Below, one piece after another: positions 1 through 9,928 of a stretch of 64,000 bases of DNA (positions are counted from its first letter, which is position 1; each line of letters begins with the position of its first letter). Below the pieces are notes generated by a model. That model searched no databases, was not told the DNA's origin, and saw nothing but the letters and a program-made list of their open reading frames with translations. Both the position numbers and the translations under genes were made by a program. Location of the stretch: positions 129,832-193,831 of the forward strand of contig CAZIDZ010000003.1 in assembly GCA_964538455.1 (NCBI GenBank), given 5' to 3'. This DNA comes from an uncultured bacterium (GTDB lineage: Bacteria > Electryoneota > Electryoneia > Electryoneales > Electryoneaceae).

Positions 1-18
1 GTCCAGATAACGTGAGGA

Positions 19-1779
19 TTGCTGCTGTTGACGGAAGAAACGTCTTCAAGGATTCTCGTCATTGACGACGAGTTGAGCATCCGTGAAATGCTCGCCCAGG
101 CGCTGGAAATCGGCGGCTTTCGGGTGGAGACCGCCGTGGATGGGGAGGAGGGACTCGAAAAATTCAGCAAGGATCAGTCGTTCGACGTTATCCTCACAGA
201 CTTGATGATGCCCAAGGTCAACGGAATGCAGGTGCTTGAGCAGGTGAAAAAACTTGACCCCACCGTCGAATTGATTATGCTCACCGGTTTCGGCGGGAAT
301 GAATCCGCAATCGAGGCGATGAAGAAGGGCGCCTACGACTATCTGCTGAAACCGACGAATGTCGAAGAGCTGTTTATTACTGTGCAGAAGGCAATCGAAA
401 GGCGCCGCCTCTCCGAAGAGAACAGACAGTACCAGCGTAATCTCGAGCGTCTCGTCCGGGAGCGAACCCGCGAGCTCAGCGAGACGAAAAACTTCCTCCA
501 GTCGATCCTCGATTCATCGCTGGACTACTCGATCATCGCCACGGGACTGAACGGCGTCATCACGCTTTTCAACAAGGGCTCGGAACGGTTGACCGGGTTT
601 GTAGCCACTGACATGGAGGCGAAAAAGACGATCTATGACTTCGTCCCCGGACTCGAGGAACGCCTGAAAAAGACCGATGAGGACGGTCTCAAGCCTGTCA
701 AGGGGACGCCGAGGGAGACCGTGTGCACGATGCTGCGTGCCGACGGCAGGAGGGTGACCGTTTCGATGTCCATCGCCGCGTTGACCAACCAGAAGAAAAC
801 GGTTGTCGGTACGCTCTTTATTTCCAAGGATATCACTGCGCAGAAAGCGCTCGAACACCAATTGAAAAAGTACACCGAGAACCTCGAACAGATCGTCCAG
901 GAGCGAACGGAGGAGCTCGCACGGCGCAACGATGAGCTCGAAAGAACACTCAGTGAACTGAACGAAACGCAGCAGCAGCTGCTCCAGTCGGAAAAGCTGG
1001 CGAGCATCGGACAGCTGGCCGCCGGCGTCGCGCACGAAATCAACAATCCGATCGGTTTCGTGCACTCGAACCTGAGCAACCTGCAAAAATTCAACAGCAG
1101 GCTTCAGCGCCTGCTTAAGGAAATTCGAGCTTCGGTCAAGGGAGGCGGCCTCTCTGAAACCCGGTATGATCAGCTTTGGAAAGAGGCGAAGCTCGAAAAG
1201 CTGCTACCGGAGCTGGACACGATGATCATGGAATCCCTCGACGGCACCCAGCGTGTGCGGACGATCGTCAGCGATCTGAAGAATTTCAGTAACATTGACC
1301 GCGCACAGGTCCAGGATGCCGATCTCGAGGCGGGGCTGGAGAGCACCCTCAACATCGTCTGGAACGAAATCAAGTACAACGCCGAGGTCGAGAAGCAATA
1401 CTCTAAAATACCAACAGTTACATGCAATCCGCAGCAGTTGAATCAGGTGTTTCTGAATCTCCTGGTGAATGCGGCGCACGCTATCAAGGAACCCCCGGGC
1501 AAGATTATAATACGGACATTACGAATTGACCAGGACCGGGTGGCCGTCGAAATTCAGGACAACGGGGCGGGCATTCCGGAAGGCAACCGGAAAAAAATCT
1601 TCGACCCGTTCTATACGACGAAACCGATTGGAGAAGGTACGGGATTAGGTCTCTCGATCAGCTACCGCATTGTGAAGGATCATGGGGGTGAAATCGAGGT
1701 GGAGAGCCAAGTGGGTGAAGGAACGACTTTCCGTGTGATTCTCCCGATCAAGGGACCCATGAGCGAAGAGGTGGAGTAA
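19..1779 (+). CDS. Hybrid sensor histidine kinase (N-terminal receiver, PAS, HisKA, HATPase_c)
   Basis: The N-terminus has an REC fold (ILVIDDE...ILTDLMMP with the acceptor Asp). The middle looks PAS-like. The H-box is SEKLASIGQLAAGVAHEINNPIGFV, and the G-boxes are DNGAGIP and GTGLGLSI. The start is TTG at 19 or 28; an in-frame stop at 8-10 prevents any extension upstream. Confidence 0.85.
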   Translation: MLLLTEETSSRILVIDDELSIREMLAQALEIGGFRVETAVDGEEGLEKFSKDQSFDVILTDLMMPKVNGMQVLEQVKKLDPTVELIMLTGFGGNESAIEAMKKGAYDYLLKPTNVEELFITVQKAIERRRLSEENRQYQRNLERLVRERTRELSETKNFLQSILDSSLDYSIIATGLNGVITLFNKGSERLTGFVATDMEAKKTIYDFVPGLEERLKKTDEDGLKPVKGTPRETVCTMLRADGRRVTVSMSIAALTNQKKTVVGTLFISKDITAQKALEHQLKKYTENLEQIVQERTEELARRNDELERTLSELNETQQQLLQSEKLASIGQLAAGVAHEINNPIGFVHSNLSNLQKFNSRLQRLLKEIRASVKGGGLSETRYDQLWKEAKLEKLLPELDTMIMESLDGTQRVRTIVSDLKNFSNIDRAQVQDADLEAGLESTLNIVWNEIKYNAEVEKQYSKIPTVTCNPQQLNQVFLNLLVNAAHAIKEPPGKIIIRTLRIDQDRVAVEIQDNGAGIPEGNRKKIFDPFYTTKPIGEGTGLGLSISYRIVKDHGGEIEVESQVGEGTTFRVILPIKGPMSEEVE

Positions 1780-1782
1780 CAC

Positions 1783-3105
1783 ATGGATCAGACAAAAACA
1801 CTGCTCTTCGTCGACGACGAACCGAATATCCTCAGCGCGCTGAAGCGGGTGTTCATCGACGATGAATTTGAGGTTGTCACCGCCAATTCCGGCAAGGAGG
1901 CGCTGGGGATCTTCAACGATCGTGAGATTCAGTTGATCATCTCGGACCAGCGCATGCCGGAGATGAGCGGTTCCGAGCTGCTGGCCAAAATACGCGAATC
2001 CAAGCCGGAAGTCATGCGCATCATCCTCACCGGTTTCGCGGACATGGACGCCGCGGTCGACTCGATCAACAACGGCCAGATCTATCAGTTCATCTTCAAG
2101 CCGTGGAACGATGAGGAGCTCCGCTCCGTCGTCCTCCGCGCCCTCGAAGCCTTCGACCTGCAGCACGAGAACAAGCGGCTTCTTGTCGAGTTGCAAAAGG
2201 CCAACAAGGAACTCGAGGAGCTGAACGACCAGCTCGCGCACAAGGTGAAGGAGCGGACGGCGCTTATCGTCCAGAAAAACCTCGAACTTGGCAAGCTGAA
2301 CAAATCGCTGGAATCCGCCCTGGTCAGCACCGTACGGGTCTTCGTCAACCTGCTCGAACTGAGCCGCCCGGAGGTCAGCCGGCACGCGCGCCGCGTCGCC
2401 ACCCTCGCGACCACCTTTGCGAAGCAGATGGGGTGGGAGGAGAAGCGGATCCACGATATCGAGATCGCGGCCCTGCTCCACGACATCGGCAAAATCGGCA
2501 TCCCCGAGATCATCCTCCGCAAACCCAACGAGGATCTCTCGGACGGCGAGCTGAAAGCGTTGAACAACCACCCGATCCTCGGCCAGAACATGATCGGGGC
2601 GATCGACTCGTTCAATGCCATCGGCAAAATTATCCGCGCCCATCATGAACAGTGGGGCGGCAAGGGTTTCCCGGATGGGCTGAAAGGAGAGGACATTCCG
2701 ATCGAAGCCCGGTTGCTCGCGGTGTGCAACCAGTTCGACCATCTGAAGGAGGATGGGAAAAGCCGGCCCTTCGTCGAGAAGTATTTCCAGAACGCCTCGG
2801 GGGAGAGCTTCGACCCCAAAATGACCGCGATGATGCTTGACTTTATCGGCAGTGCCGCGGGCCTCAATGACAGCGGTGAGGAGGGAGCGGCGCGCGGAGG
2901 CGTCACTGTGGGGGGGCAGCGAAAGGTCAAAGTCCTTCCCAACGAGCTGAAACCTGGCATGGTGCTTGCAGACAACTTGATGACCGGAAAGGGCATCTTC
3001 CTCTTGCCCCAGGGGCAATTGCTCAAGGAAACCCACATCCGGTCCATCCAGGACATTCAGCGGGTCGATCCGATCAAAGGCTCGATTGAAGTCTTGGTGG
3101 ATTGA
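1783..3105 (+). CDS. Response regulator with HD-GYP phosphohydrolase domain (c-di-GMP phosphodiesterase-like)
   Basis: The receiver domain (LLFVDDEPNIL, IISDQRMP) is followed by HDIGKIGIP and HHEQWGGKGFPDGL. This is the HD-GYP signature with Tyr replaced by Phe. The stop overlaps the fliR start. Confidence 0.85.
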   Translation: MDQTKTLLFVDDEPNILSALKRVFIDDEFEVVTANSGKEALGIFNDREIQLIISDQRMPEMSGSELLAKIRESKPEVMRIILTGFADMDAAVDSINNGQIYQFIFKPWNDEELRSVVLRALEAFDLQHENKRLLVELQKANKELEELNDQLAHKVKERTALIVQKNLELGKLNKSLESALVSTVRVFVNLLELSRPEVSRHARRVATLATTFAKQMGWEEKRIHDIEIAALLHDIGKIGIPEIILRKPNEDLSDGELKALNNHPILGQNMIGAIDSFNAIGKIIRAHHEQWGGKGFPDGLKGEDIPIEARLLAVCNQFDHLKEDGKSRPFVEKYFQNASGESFDPKMTAMMLDFIGSAAGLNDSGEEGAARGGVTVGGQRKVKVLPNELKPGMVLADNLMTGKGIFLLPQGQLLKETHIRSIQDIQRVDPIKGSIEVLVD

Positions 3106-3917
3106 CGCAAGACGCTTCGAGGCAGCCGGTGGAAATTCTGAATTGGAATCTCGATCAGCTCGAGCGCTGGTTCCTGATACTTTTCCGCGTCGCCAGCATG
3201 CTGATGGTTTTTCCCCTCTTCGGGTACGCCAGTTTCCCAACCCTGGCGCGCCTTGTGGTGGCCTTCTTCATCGCCTCTCTGCTGCTTCCCATCTACGGAC
3301 CCACTACCGCGATCACGGCGGGGATGGGGGTGCTTTCGTTCTTCAGCATCGTCCTGCGTGAGGTGCTCGTCGGGCTCGCCATCGGCTTCTCCGCTCAATT
3401 CCTCTTCATCGGCGTGCAGTTCGCCGGGCACGTGATCGGCCGCACCATGGGTTTCGCGCTGATGAACGTCATCGATCCCCAGTCGCAGACCAGCGTTCCA
3501 CTCATCGGCCAGTTGATGCAGCTGTTCGTGCTGCTGCTGTTCCTGTTGATGAATGGCCACCATTTCCTGCTGCTCGCACTCGACGAGAGTTTCGTCCAAA
3601 TCCCTGTCGGCACTGGGCTTTTGACGGGACAGGGGATTGAGGGCATCGCCCGCCTCAGCGCGGATATCTTCGTCATCGGAATCAAGGTCGGCGCCCCCGT
3701 GCTGGTGGCGATTATGATCACCGAAGTGGGACTCGGAGTTGTCGCCAGAACCGTCTCCCAGATAAACGTATGGCTCGTCGGTTTCCCCTTGAAGATCGGC
3801 ATCGGACTGTTCACGCTCGCGCTGGCTCTGCCAATGATGGCGTACGTCTTCGGAAAACTGTACGCAGACTGGCAGGGCTCCCTGATCGATTTCATCCGGG
3901 CCATGGCTACGGGGTAG
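3102..3917 (+). CDS. fliR: Flagellar export apparatus protein FliR
   Basis: A 271-aa polytopic membrane protein. Its N-terminus (LERWFLILFRVASMLMVFPLFG) is typical of FliR, and it lies immediately upstream of flhB. Confidence 0.85.
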   Translation: MTQDASRQPVEILNWNLDQLERWFLILFRVASMLMVFPLFGYASFPTLARLVVAFFIASLLLPIYGPTTAITAGMGVLSFFSIVLREVLVGLAIGFSAQFLFIGVQFAGHVIGRTMGFALMNVIDPQSQTSVPLIGQLMQLFVLLLFLLMNGHHFLLLALDESFVQIPVGTGLLTGQGIEGIARLSADIFVIGIKVGAPVLVAIMITEVGLGVVARTVSQINVWLVGFPLKIGIGLFTLALALPMMAYVFGKLYADWQGSLIDFIRAMATG

Positions 3918-3923
3918 AGCTGC

Positions 3924-5003
3924 ATGCCAAAAGAGAACCAGGACGGATCGGAAAAAACCGAAAAACCAACGGCCCGCCGGATCAAGAAGGCCCGTGAGGA
4001 AGGGAATGTTGCGCGCAGCATGGAGGTCAATAGCGCGGGCGTCCTCACCGCGGGCATCGCCGCGCTGGTGCTCTTCGGTGGCTGGATGATGGAGCGCATG
4101 ACCACCCTGATGGTCTGGGTGTTCAAAAGCCTTGGCGAAATCGACGTCTCTCCCGCGTCGCTGCCCTCCTACATGAAAGACGGCGCCGAGTGGATGTTCC
4201 TCACCTTGATCCCGGTGCTCGCCTCGATCGCCGTCATGGGCATCGTCATCAATCTGATCCAGACCGGCCCCCTGTGGACGACGAAATCGCTCAAGTTCCG
4301 CTTCGACAAGCTGAATCCCGTCAGCGGGGCGAAAAAGCTGATCAACCAGCGCGCTTGGGTGCGCCTGTTGACGAATCTCGTCAAGGTGGTGATGATCGGG
4401 TACATCATTTTTCGGGTCATCAAGTCGTCCTGGCCGCAATTCGTACCCTTAATGGATTCCGAAATCCCCAATATCTTCCATTTCCTGATGCGAGAGGTGC
4501 TTAGACTTCTTTTATGGGGCTTATTCGCAATGATTATTATCGCAATCATCGACTTCACCTATCAAAAACATAAATATATCGAAGATCTGAAGATGACAAA
4601 GCAGGAGATCAAAGAAGAACGCAAAATGATGGAAGGTGATCCCCAGGTGAAGGGGAAGATCAGGCAGGTTCAGTTCCAACTCGCTTTCAATCGGATGATC
4701 AAGGAGTTGCCCAACGCGGACGTCGTCGTCACCAACCCGGTTCATGTTGCCGTCGCGTTGAAATACCGCGCGGAGGAGATGACTGCCCCAGTCGTCGTCG
4801 GCAAGGGGTTGCGCCTGCTCGCCGAACGAATCAAGAACATCGCCCGCGAAAATGATATCCCAATCGTTGAAAATCCGCCACTTGCACGTGCCCTCTACAA
4901 ACTCTGCGACGTGGGGGAGGAGATCCCCGGTCAATTCTACCAGGACGTTGCGGAAATTCTCGCCTACATATACCAGTTGCGCCAGGAACAATCGGTAGCA
5001 TAA
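3924..5003 (+). CDS. flhB: Flagellar export apparatus protein FlhB
   Basis: The N-terminus TEKPTARRIKKAREEGNVARS is typical of FlhB. There are 4 TM segments. The C-terminal domain has VVTNPVHVAVALKY, the autocleavage NPTH site in an NPVH form. Confidence 0.9.
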   Translation: MPKENQDGSEKTEKPTARRIKKAREEGNVARSMEVNSAGVLTAGIAALVLFGGWMMERMTTLMVWVFKSLGEIDVSPASLPSYMKDGAEWMFLTLIPVLASIAVMGIVINLIQTGPLWTTKSLKFRFDKLNPVSGAKKLINQRAWVRLLTNLVKVVMIGYIIFRVIKSSWPQFVPLMDSEIPNIFHFLMREVLRLLLWGLFAMIIIAIIDFTYQKHKYIEDLKMTKQEIKEERKMMEGDPQVKGKIRQVQFQLAFNRMIKELPNADVVVTNPVHVAVALKYRAEEMTAPVVVGKGLRLLAERIKNIARENDIPIVENPPLARALYKLCDVGEEIPGQFYQDVAEILAYIYQLRQEQSVA

Positions 5004-5074
5004 ACAGTCACTTACGCTCCGGCACAGGGCTTGCAAACTCTTCCGGGAACCCAACCTTGGAGTGAGTGCGCCCT

Positions 5075-7213
5075 ATGGCCGAAGCCCAGACAAAAGCCTA
5101 CCTATCGACGGAGCAACGTCTCGCCCAAGTACCTTGGCTTGATAAACTTACGAGTCGTGCGGACATCACCCTCGCGGTCGCCGCCGTAGGTGTCGTTGTC
5201 CTCATGATCATCCCGATCCCTCCGGGATTGCTCGATGTGCTGATTTCCTTGAACATCACCTTCGCGCTGATCGTGCTGATGGTCTCGATGTACACCGAGC
5301 GATCACTCGATTTCAGTGTATTCCCCGGACTGCTGCTGCTGCTCACCCTGTTCCGCCTCGGAATTAACGTGGCTTCAACGAGGATGATTCTCGGGTTCGC
5401 TTTCGCGGGAAAGGTCATTGCTGCTTTCGGCAGCTTTGTAGTTGCTGGCAGCTACATCGTCGGCATCGTCATCTTCACCATCCTCGTCGTGATCAACTTT
5501 ATGGTGGTTACCAAGGGTTCCGGTCGCATCGCCGAAGTGGCGGCGCGGTTCACCCTGGACGCCATGCCCGGCAAGCAGATGGCCGTGGACGCCGACATGA
5601 ACAACGGCCTGATTGATGAACATGAGGCCCGCAGGCGCCGCGATGACATCCGCCGTGAAGCCGATTTCTACGGCGCCATGGACGGCGCGGCGAAGTTCGT
5701 GCGGGGGGATGCCATCGCCGGCATCATCATCACCTTCGTCAACATCATCGGAGGCCTGTTGATCGGCGTCCTGCAGCGGAAAATGTCCTTTCCCCAGGCG
5801 ATGACGACGTACACGATCCTGACGATCGGCGACGGCCTGGTCAGCCAGATCCCCGCGCTGATCATCTCCGTCTCGGCGGGCATCATCGTCTCGCGCGCCG
5901 CCTCCGAGATGAACATGGGCCGGGAATTCGCGGGTCAGCTGTTGGTCCATCCGCGGGCCGGTTTCATCACCTCCGGGGTCCTGATGTTCTTCGCCCTCGT
6001 GCCGGGAATGCCCACCCTGCCGTTCCTTTTGCTCTCGCTGGTGACTGGGTACATTGCCTGGATGACGCGGCAATCGCGCAGGAAAACCGAGGAGACCGCA
6101 ATCGTTCAGGCACGCGTCCCGAAAGGCCATGAGGAAAAAATCGAAGACTACCTGTACGTGGATCCGATGGAGCTCGAAATCGGTTACGGCCTGATCCCGC
6201 TCGTTGACAAGGAGCAGGAGGGCGATCTGCTCAACCGGATCACGATGATCCGAAAGCAGCAGGCGATGCAGATGGGATTGGTGATCCCGCCGATTCGCAT
6301 TCGAGATAACATCCAGTTGAAGCCGAGCGAGTACGTGATCAAGATCCGCGGCAATGAGGTCGCCCGCGGCGAACTTCGTCTCGGCTACTATCTCGCTCTG
6401 AATCCCGGCACCGCGAACGGTAAGGTCGAGGGCGTCGCTACCAAGGAGCCGACCTACGGTCTGCCGGCGCTGTGGATCAACAAGAATGTCAAGGAGAAAG
6501 CCGAGAACTACGGCTATACGGTGGTCGAACCGACCGCCGTGCTCGCAACGCACCTCGTCGAGGTGATCAAGGCGAATGCACACAAGCTGCTGACACGCAA
6601 GGATGTAAACAATCTCATCGACAACCTGAAAGCGGACAATCCGACGGTCGTCGAGGAGCTGATCCCGAACATGATGACGGTGGGCGGAGTGCATAAGGTG
6701 CTGCAGAAGCTGCTCAAGGAATCGATCCCGATCCGGGACCTCGGAACCATTCTTGAGACGCTTGCGGATTATGCACCGATGTCGAAGGAACCCGATGTGC
6801 TGGTGGAGTACGTCCGCTATGCACTGGCGCCCACCATCACGCAAAAATTCCAGGACGAGGACGGGCATGTTTACGCCCTGACCCTCGATCCGGAAGTGGA
6901 ACAGGTGATTTCCGACGCTGCTCAGCAGGCGGGCCGGCAGGGCCACTTTGGAGTTGTCGATCTGCCTCCTCAGACTATCAACGCCCTCTACACCAGCCTG
7001 TCGAAGCAGGTCGAACGGATGACATCCGAGGGCCGGCAACCCCTGCTGATCACGTCGCCGACGGTCCGCCAGGCCTTCCGGCGGCTGACTGAGCCTGTTT
7101 TGCCGCAGCTCATCGTGCTATCTTACGGTGAGTTGTTGGTTAACGTTCAGGTCGATTCGATCGGTGTTGTCAGCTTGAATCCGGAGCAGGAGCAGAAGGC
7201 GGCCAAGGCGTAG
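5075..7213 (+). CDS. flhA: Flagellar export apparatus protein FlhA
   Basis: The conserved FHIPG-loop region (MVVTKGSGRIAEVAARFTLDAMPGKQMAVDADMNNGLIDE, FYGAMDGAAKFVRGDAIAG) is present, followed by a large cytoplasmic C-terminal domain. I prefer the ATG at 5075 over the GTG at 5066 because of Shine-Dalgarno spacing. Confidence 0.9.
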   Translation: MAEAQTKAYLSTEQRLAQVPWLDKLTSRADITLAVAAVGVVVLMIIPIPPGLLDVLISLNITFALIVLMVSMYTERSLDFSVFPGLLLLLTLFRLGINVASTRMILGFAFAGKVIAAFGSFVVAGSYIVGIVIFTILVVINFMVVTKGSGRIAEVAARFTLDAMPGKQMAVDADMNNGLIDEHEARRRRDDIRREADFYGAMDGAAKFVRGDAIAGIIITFVNIIGGLLIGVLQRKMSFPQAMTTYTILTIGDGLVSQIPALIISVSAGIIVSRAASEMNMGREFAGQLLVHPRAGFITSGVLMFFALVPGMPTLPFLLLSLVTGYIAWMTRQSRRKTEETAIVQARVPKGHEEKIEDYLYVDPMELEIGYGLIPLVDKEQEGDLLNRITMIRKQQAMQMGLVIPPIRIRDNIQLKPSEYVIKIRGNEVARGELRLGYYLALNPGTANGKVEGVATKEPTYGLPALWINKNVKEKAENYGYTVVEPTAVLATHLVEVIKANAHKLLTRKDVNNLIDNLKADNPTVVEELIPNMMTVGGVHKVLQKLLKESIPIRDLGTILETLADYAPMSKEPDVLVEYVRYALAPTITQKFQDEDGHVYALTLDPEVEQVISDAAQQAGRQGHFGVVDLPPQTINALYTSLSKQVERMTSEGRQPLLITSPTVRQAFRRLTEPVLPQLIVLSYGELLVNVQVDSIGVVSLNPEQEQKAAKA

Positions 7214-7256
7214 AGGCGCCCGGCGATGCAGCGACCGCAGGTGGGGAAAACCCCGG

Positions 7257-8531
7257 ATGATCATTAAAAAATTCATCGCGGATACGATGAACGAAGCCCT
7301 GGCCCAAATCAAGCAGGAGCTGGGGGAGGATGCTGTCATCCTGCAGTCGCGCAGAGTGGAAAAACCCGGACTGCTCGGCGGAAAACAGCAGGTGGAGGTG
7401 ACCGCCGCCACTCCGGACCGCCACCCGGCGCCTCCCCGCGGCAGAAAGCCTCTGGTGAACGAAAGCATGCGCCGTTCCCTCGAGGGCGGGATCGTTCCGC
7501 CACCCGCGCGCCGGCAACCGCTCGGCACCAGGCGGTACAACCGTCCTGACGCCGCCCGCTCCGAGAAACAGCCCCCTGAGGCCGCTCCCTCGCCGGACGT
7601 CGAGGGGATGGAGATGGAAATCCGCGACCTGCGGAAAACCGTTGAAGATCTCGCGTCCCATCTGAAAAGCCAGGAATCCCCGGATGTCCCCGAAGTTCTC
7701 AAACGCGCCTGGAGCGATCTGGTCGCGAACGATGTTTTCAAGGCCACGGCAACGGATCTCGTCGTCGAACTCAGCAGCCGGTTGACTCCTGAACAGCTGC
7801 CCGATGGGGATCTCGTCGAATCGCGGCTGCATGACCTGATCGCTGAAAAATTCCGCATCGCCAGGCAGCGCGGGGCGTTGCGCAGCGAAAACCGCCCGCG
7901 CGCAATCGCCTTGATCGGGCCGACCGGTGTGGGCAAGACGACGACCCTGGCGAAGATGGCGACCAACAGGAAGGTGTTCGGCGAGGCGGATGTCGCGCTC
8001 GTCTCAACAGACACCTATCGCGTCGCCGCCGTGGAACAACTCAAGACCTTCGCCAGCATCGCGGGGATTCCGATGGACGTTGTCTACCGTCCTGAGGAGC
8101 TGGCGCGTTCTCTGGACCGGCACCGGAAGCGCGATGTGATTTTGATCGACACGGCGGGCAGGAGCCAGAATGACCGCGAGGCGCTCAGCGAACTGAAAAC
8201 GTTCATGAACGCCGCGCCGATTGATGAGGTCGTCCTCGTGATGGCCGCCAACACCCGCATCGAGGATCAGCGCCAGATGGTCGAGCGCTTTTCTTCCATT
8301 CCGGCCAACCGTGTGATCATCACGAAATTGGATGAAGCCACCTCGGCGGGCCACCTGCTCGAGATGTCGCGGCTGCTCCCGCGAGGGTGGAGCTTCTTGA
8401 CCACCGGCCAGAATGTGCCGGATGACATCACCGCCGCCGATGAGCTGTTGCTCGCCGCGATGGTCGCCAAGAAAGACTATTTCGAGCAGCTGAGGTCCAA
8501 CGGATTCCGCCTGCCGACGGCGGCCGAATAA
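7257..8531 (+). CDS. flhF: Flagellar biosynthesis GTPase FlhF (SRP-type)
   Basis: The N-terminus MIIKKFIADTMNEALAQIKQELGEDAVIL is FlhF-like. The G1 box is IALIGPTGVGKTT, with DTAGR and TKLDE motifs. Confidence 0.85.
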   Translation: MIIKKFIADTMNEALAQIKQELGEDAVILQSRRVEKPGLLGGKQQVEVTAATPDRHPAPPRGRKPLVNESMRRSLEGGIVPPPARRQPLGTRRYNRPDAARSEKQPPEAAPSPDVEGMEMEIRDLRKTVEDLASHLKSQESPDVPEVLKRAWSDLVANDVFKATATDLVVELSSRLTPEQLPDGDLVESRLHDLIAEKFRIARQRGALRSENRPRAIALIGPTGVGKTTTLAKMATNRKVFGEADVALVSTDTYRVAAVEQLKTFASIAGIPMDVVYRPEELARSLDRHRKRDVILIDTAGRSQNDREALSELKTFMNAAPIDEVVLVMAANTRIEDQRQMVERFSSIPANRVIITKLDEATSAGHLLEMSRLLPRGWSFLTTGQNVPDDITAADELLLAAMVAKKDYFEQLRSNGFRLPTAAE

Positions 8532-8624
8532 GCGGAACGGATGGGTGAGCGAGAACCGCTGTGAATCGGACGGCTTCGCCGCAGGCACGGAAAGAAACGT
8601 GAAAGCGTATCAAAAGGAAATCTT

Positions 8625-9500
8625 GTGACACGGGATCAGGCATCGACTCTTCGTACGCAGAACGGTGATCGTGCAAAAAGGAAGGATCGCGCCTTGCGAG
8701 CACGCCGCATTGCCGTAACGAGCGGCAAGGGAGGCGTTGGCAAGTCGAACGTCAGCCTCAACCTGGCGATCGCGCTCGCCCGCATGGGCCGCCGCGTGCT
8801 GCTCGTCGATGCCGATACAAACCTCGCGAACATCGATATCCTGCTCGGCATCCAGGCGCGGCTCACCCTCGCGGACGCCATCTTCGGAGATGCGTTCTTC
8901 GGGGATATCCTGCTCGAGGGTCCCGATGGGATCGCCATCCTTCCCGGATCGAGCGGCGTTGTTGAAATCATGGAGGAAGACGCTGCCGTTCGCCAGAAAA
9001 TGTTCGACGCGTTCGATGATCTCGAACGCCGATTCGACGTGCTGCTGATCGACACCGGGGCGGGTCTATCCGAAAATGTGCTCCATTTCGTGGCTGGCGC
9101 GGACGATGTCGTGCTGGTGACGAATTCCGAGCCGACCTCGATCACCGATGCCTACGCCATGGTCAAGGTGGCAACCCACATGAATCCGGCGCTCAAGCTG
9201 CAGGTCGTTGTCAACCTGGCGGCCAAGGAACAGGATGCGAAGGACACGTTCGAAAAGCTCCAGTTGGCCGTGCGGAATTTCCTCAGCGTCGATATCGAAA
9301 TGCTGGGCTTGCTGCCCGCGGACAAGAACGTGCTGGCGGCCGTCAACCAGCGGCAGCCGTTTCTCACTCTGTTCCCGAAAAGCGCGGCATCGACGGCGAT
9401 CATGCTGATGGCGCACAAGCTGATGCGCCGCACCCAGGCGCCGTCGGAGGACAGCGAAAACCTCGCCCGCAGAATCTATGACAAGATGGGTGGCGCATGA
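8625..9500 (+). CDS. flhG: MinD/ParA-family ATPase FlhG (FleN/YlxH)
   Basis: It carries the deviant Walker A (IAVTSGKGGVGKS) and LLVDAD, and follows flhF as in polar flagellar loci. The start is GTG. Confidence 0.85.
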   Translation: MTRDQASTLRTQNGDRAKRKDRALRARRIAVTSGKGGVGKSNVSLNLAIALARMGRRVLLVDADTNLANIDILLGIQARLTLADAIFGDAFFGDILLEGPDGIAILPGSSGVVEIMEEDAAVRQKMFDAFDDLERRFDVLLIDTGAGLSENVLHFVAGADDVVLVTNSEPTSITDAYAMVKVATHMNPALKLQVVVNLAAKEQDAKDTFEKLQLAVRNFLSVDIEMLGLLPADKNVLAAVNQRQPFLTLFPKSAASTAIMLMAHKLMRRTQAPSEDSENLARRIYDKMGGA

Positions 9501-9928
9501 CTCCGGGATGGAAGCAAGTCGCGAAAGCGTTCGGTTTTGTCCTGCTGTTCGGCATTATCGCGTGGAACCTCTACGTCGGGGCCGGTGTCTTCAACGCGAT
9601 CTTCCGCGGCCTCGTCGCCTGGCTGATTTTCCAGATCCTCAACATCGTCCTCACCAACGTCGTCGTCCGCCAATTGTCCGAGTACGAATACAAACGGTTG
9701 CGCCAGCTCGCGGAAGAGGAGGAGATGGAGGAGATGCAGCAGGCGCAGAACAACGTCGCCCTCGATGAGGACATCAGTGAGGCGAGCGAACAGGCAAAGG
9801 CGAGAACCGCGGCGCCCGCACCCGAAACCGCCAGGGAAACCGCCCCGGGCGAAGAAACTGCCTCCAGGGAAGAGCCCGCATCCAGCGAAAAGGAAGCCGA
9901 GGGTGAAAAGAGCGGAGACACTGGATGA
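9497..9928 (+). CDS. Small hypothetical membrane protein (2 TM + acidic tail)
   Basis: The start codon overlaps the flhG stop (ATGA) and the stop overlaps the fliA start (ATGA). There are two hydrophobic helices followed by a Glu-rich C-terminus. I saw no recognisable family. Confidence 0.5.
   Translation: MTPGWKQVAKAFGFVLLFGIIAWNLYVGAGVFNAIFRGLVAWLIFQILNIVLTNVVVRQLSEYEYKRLRQLAEEEEMEEMQQAQNNVALDEDISEASEQAKARTAAPAPETARETAPGEETASREEPASSEKEAEGEKSGDTG

Noticed and set aside
1645-3240. 531-aa ORF on the minus strand antisense to the HD-GYP gene. There are similar long antisense ORFs at 3057-4439(-), 5375-7039(-), 7118-8014(-), 21881-23122(-), 25752-27218(-), 27269-29206(-), 32508-33725(-), 40616-42787(+), 44017-45492(+), 51701-54091(-), 55199-56992(-) and 58571-60022(-).
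   Set aside because: Each is exactly antisense to a gene with clear family motifs. Their products are Arg/Gly/Pro/Asp-rich low-complexity sequences, as expected from stop-poor reverse frames of 60-65% GC coding DNA. No Shine-Dalgarno context was seen.
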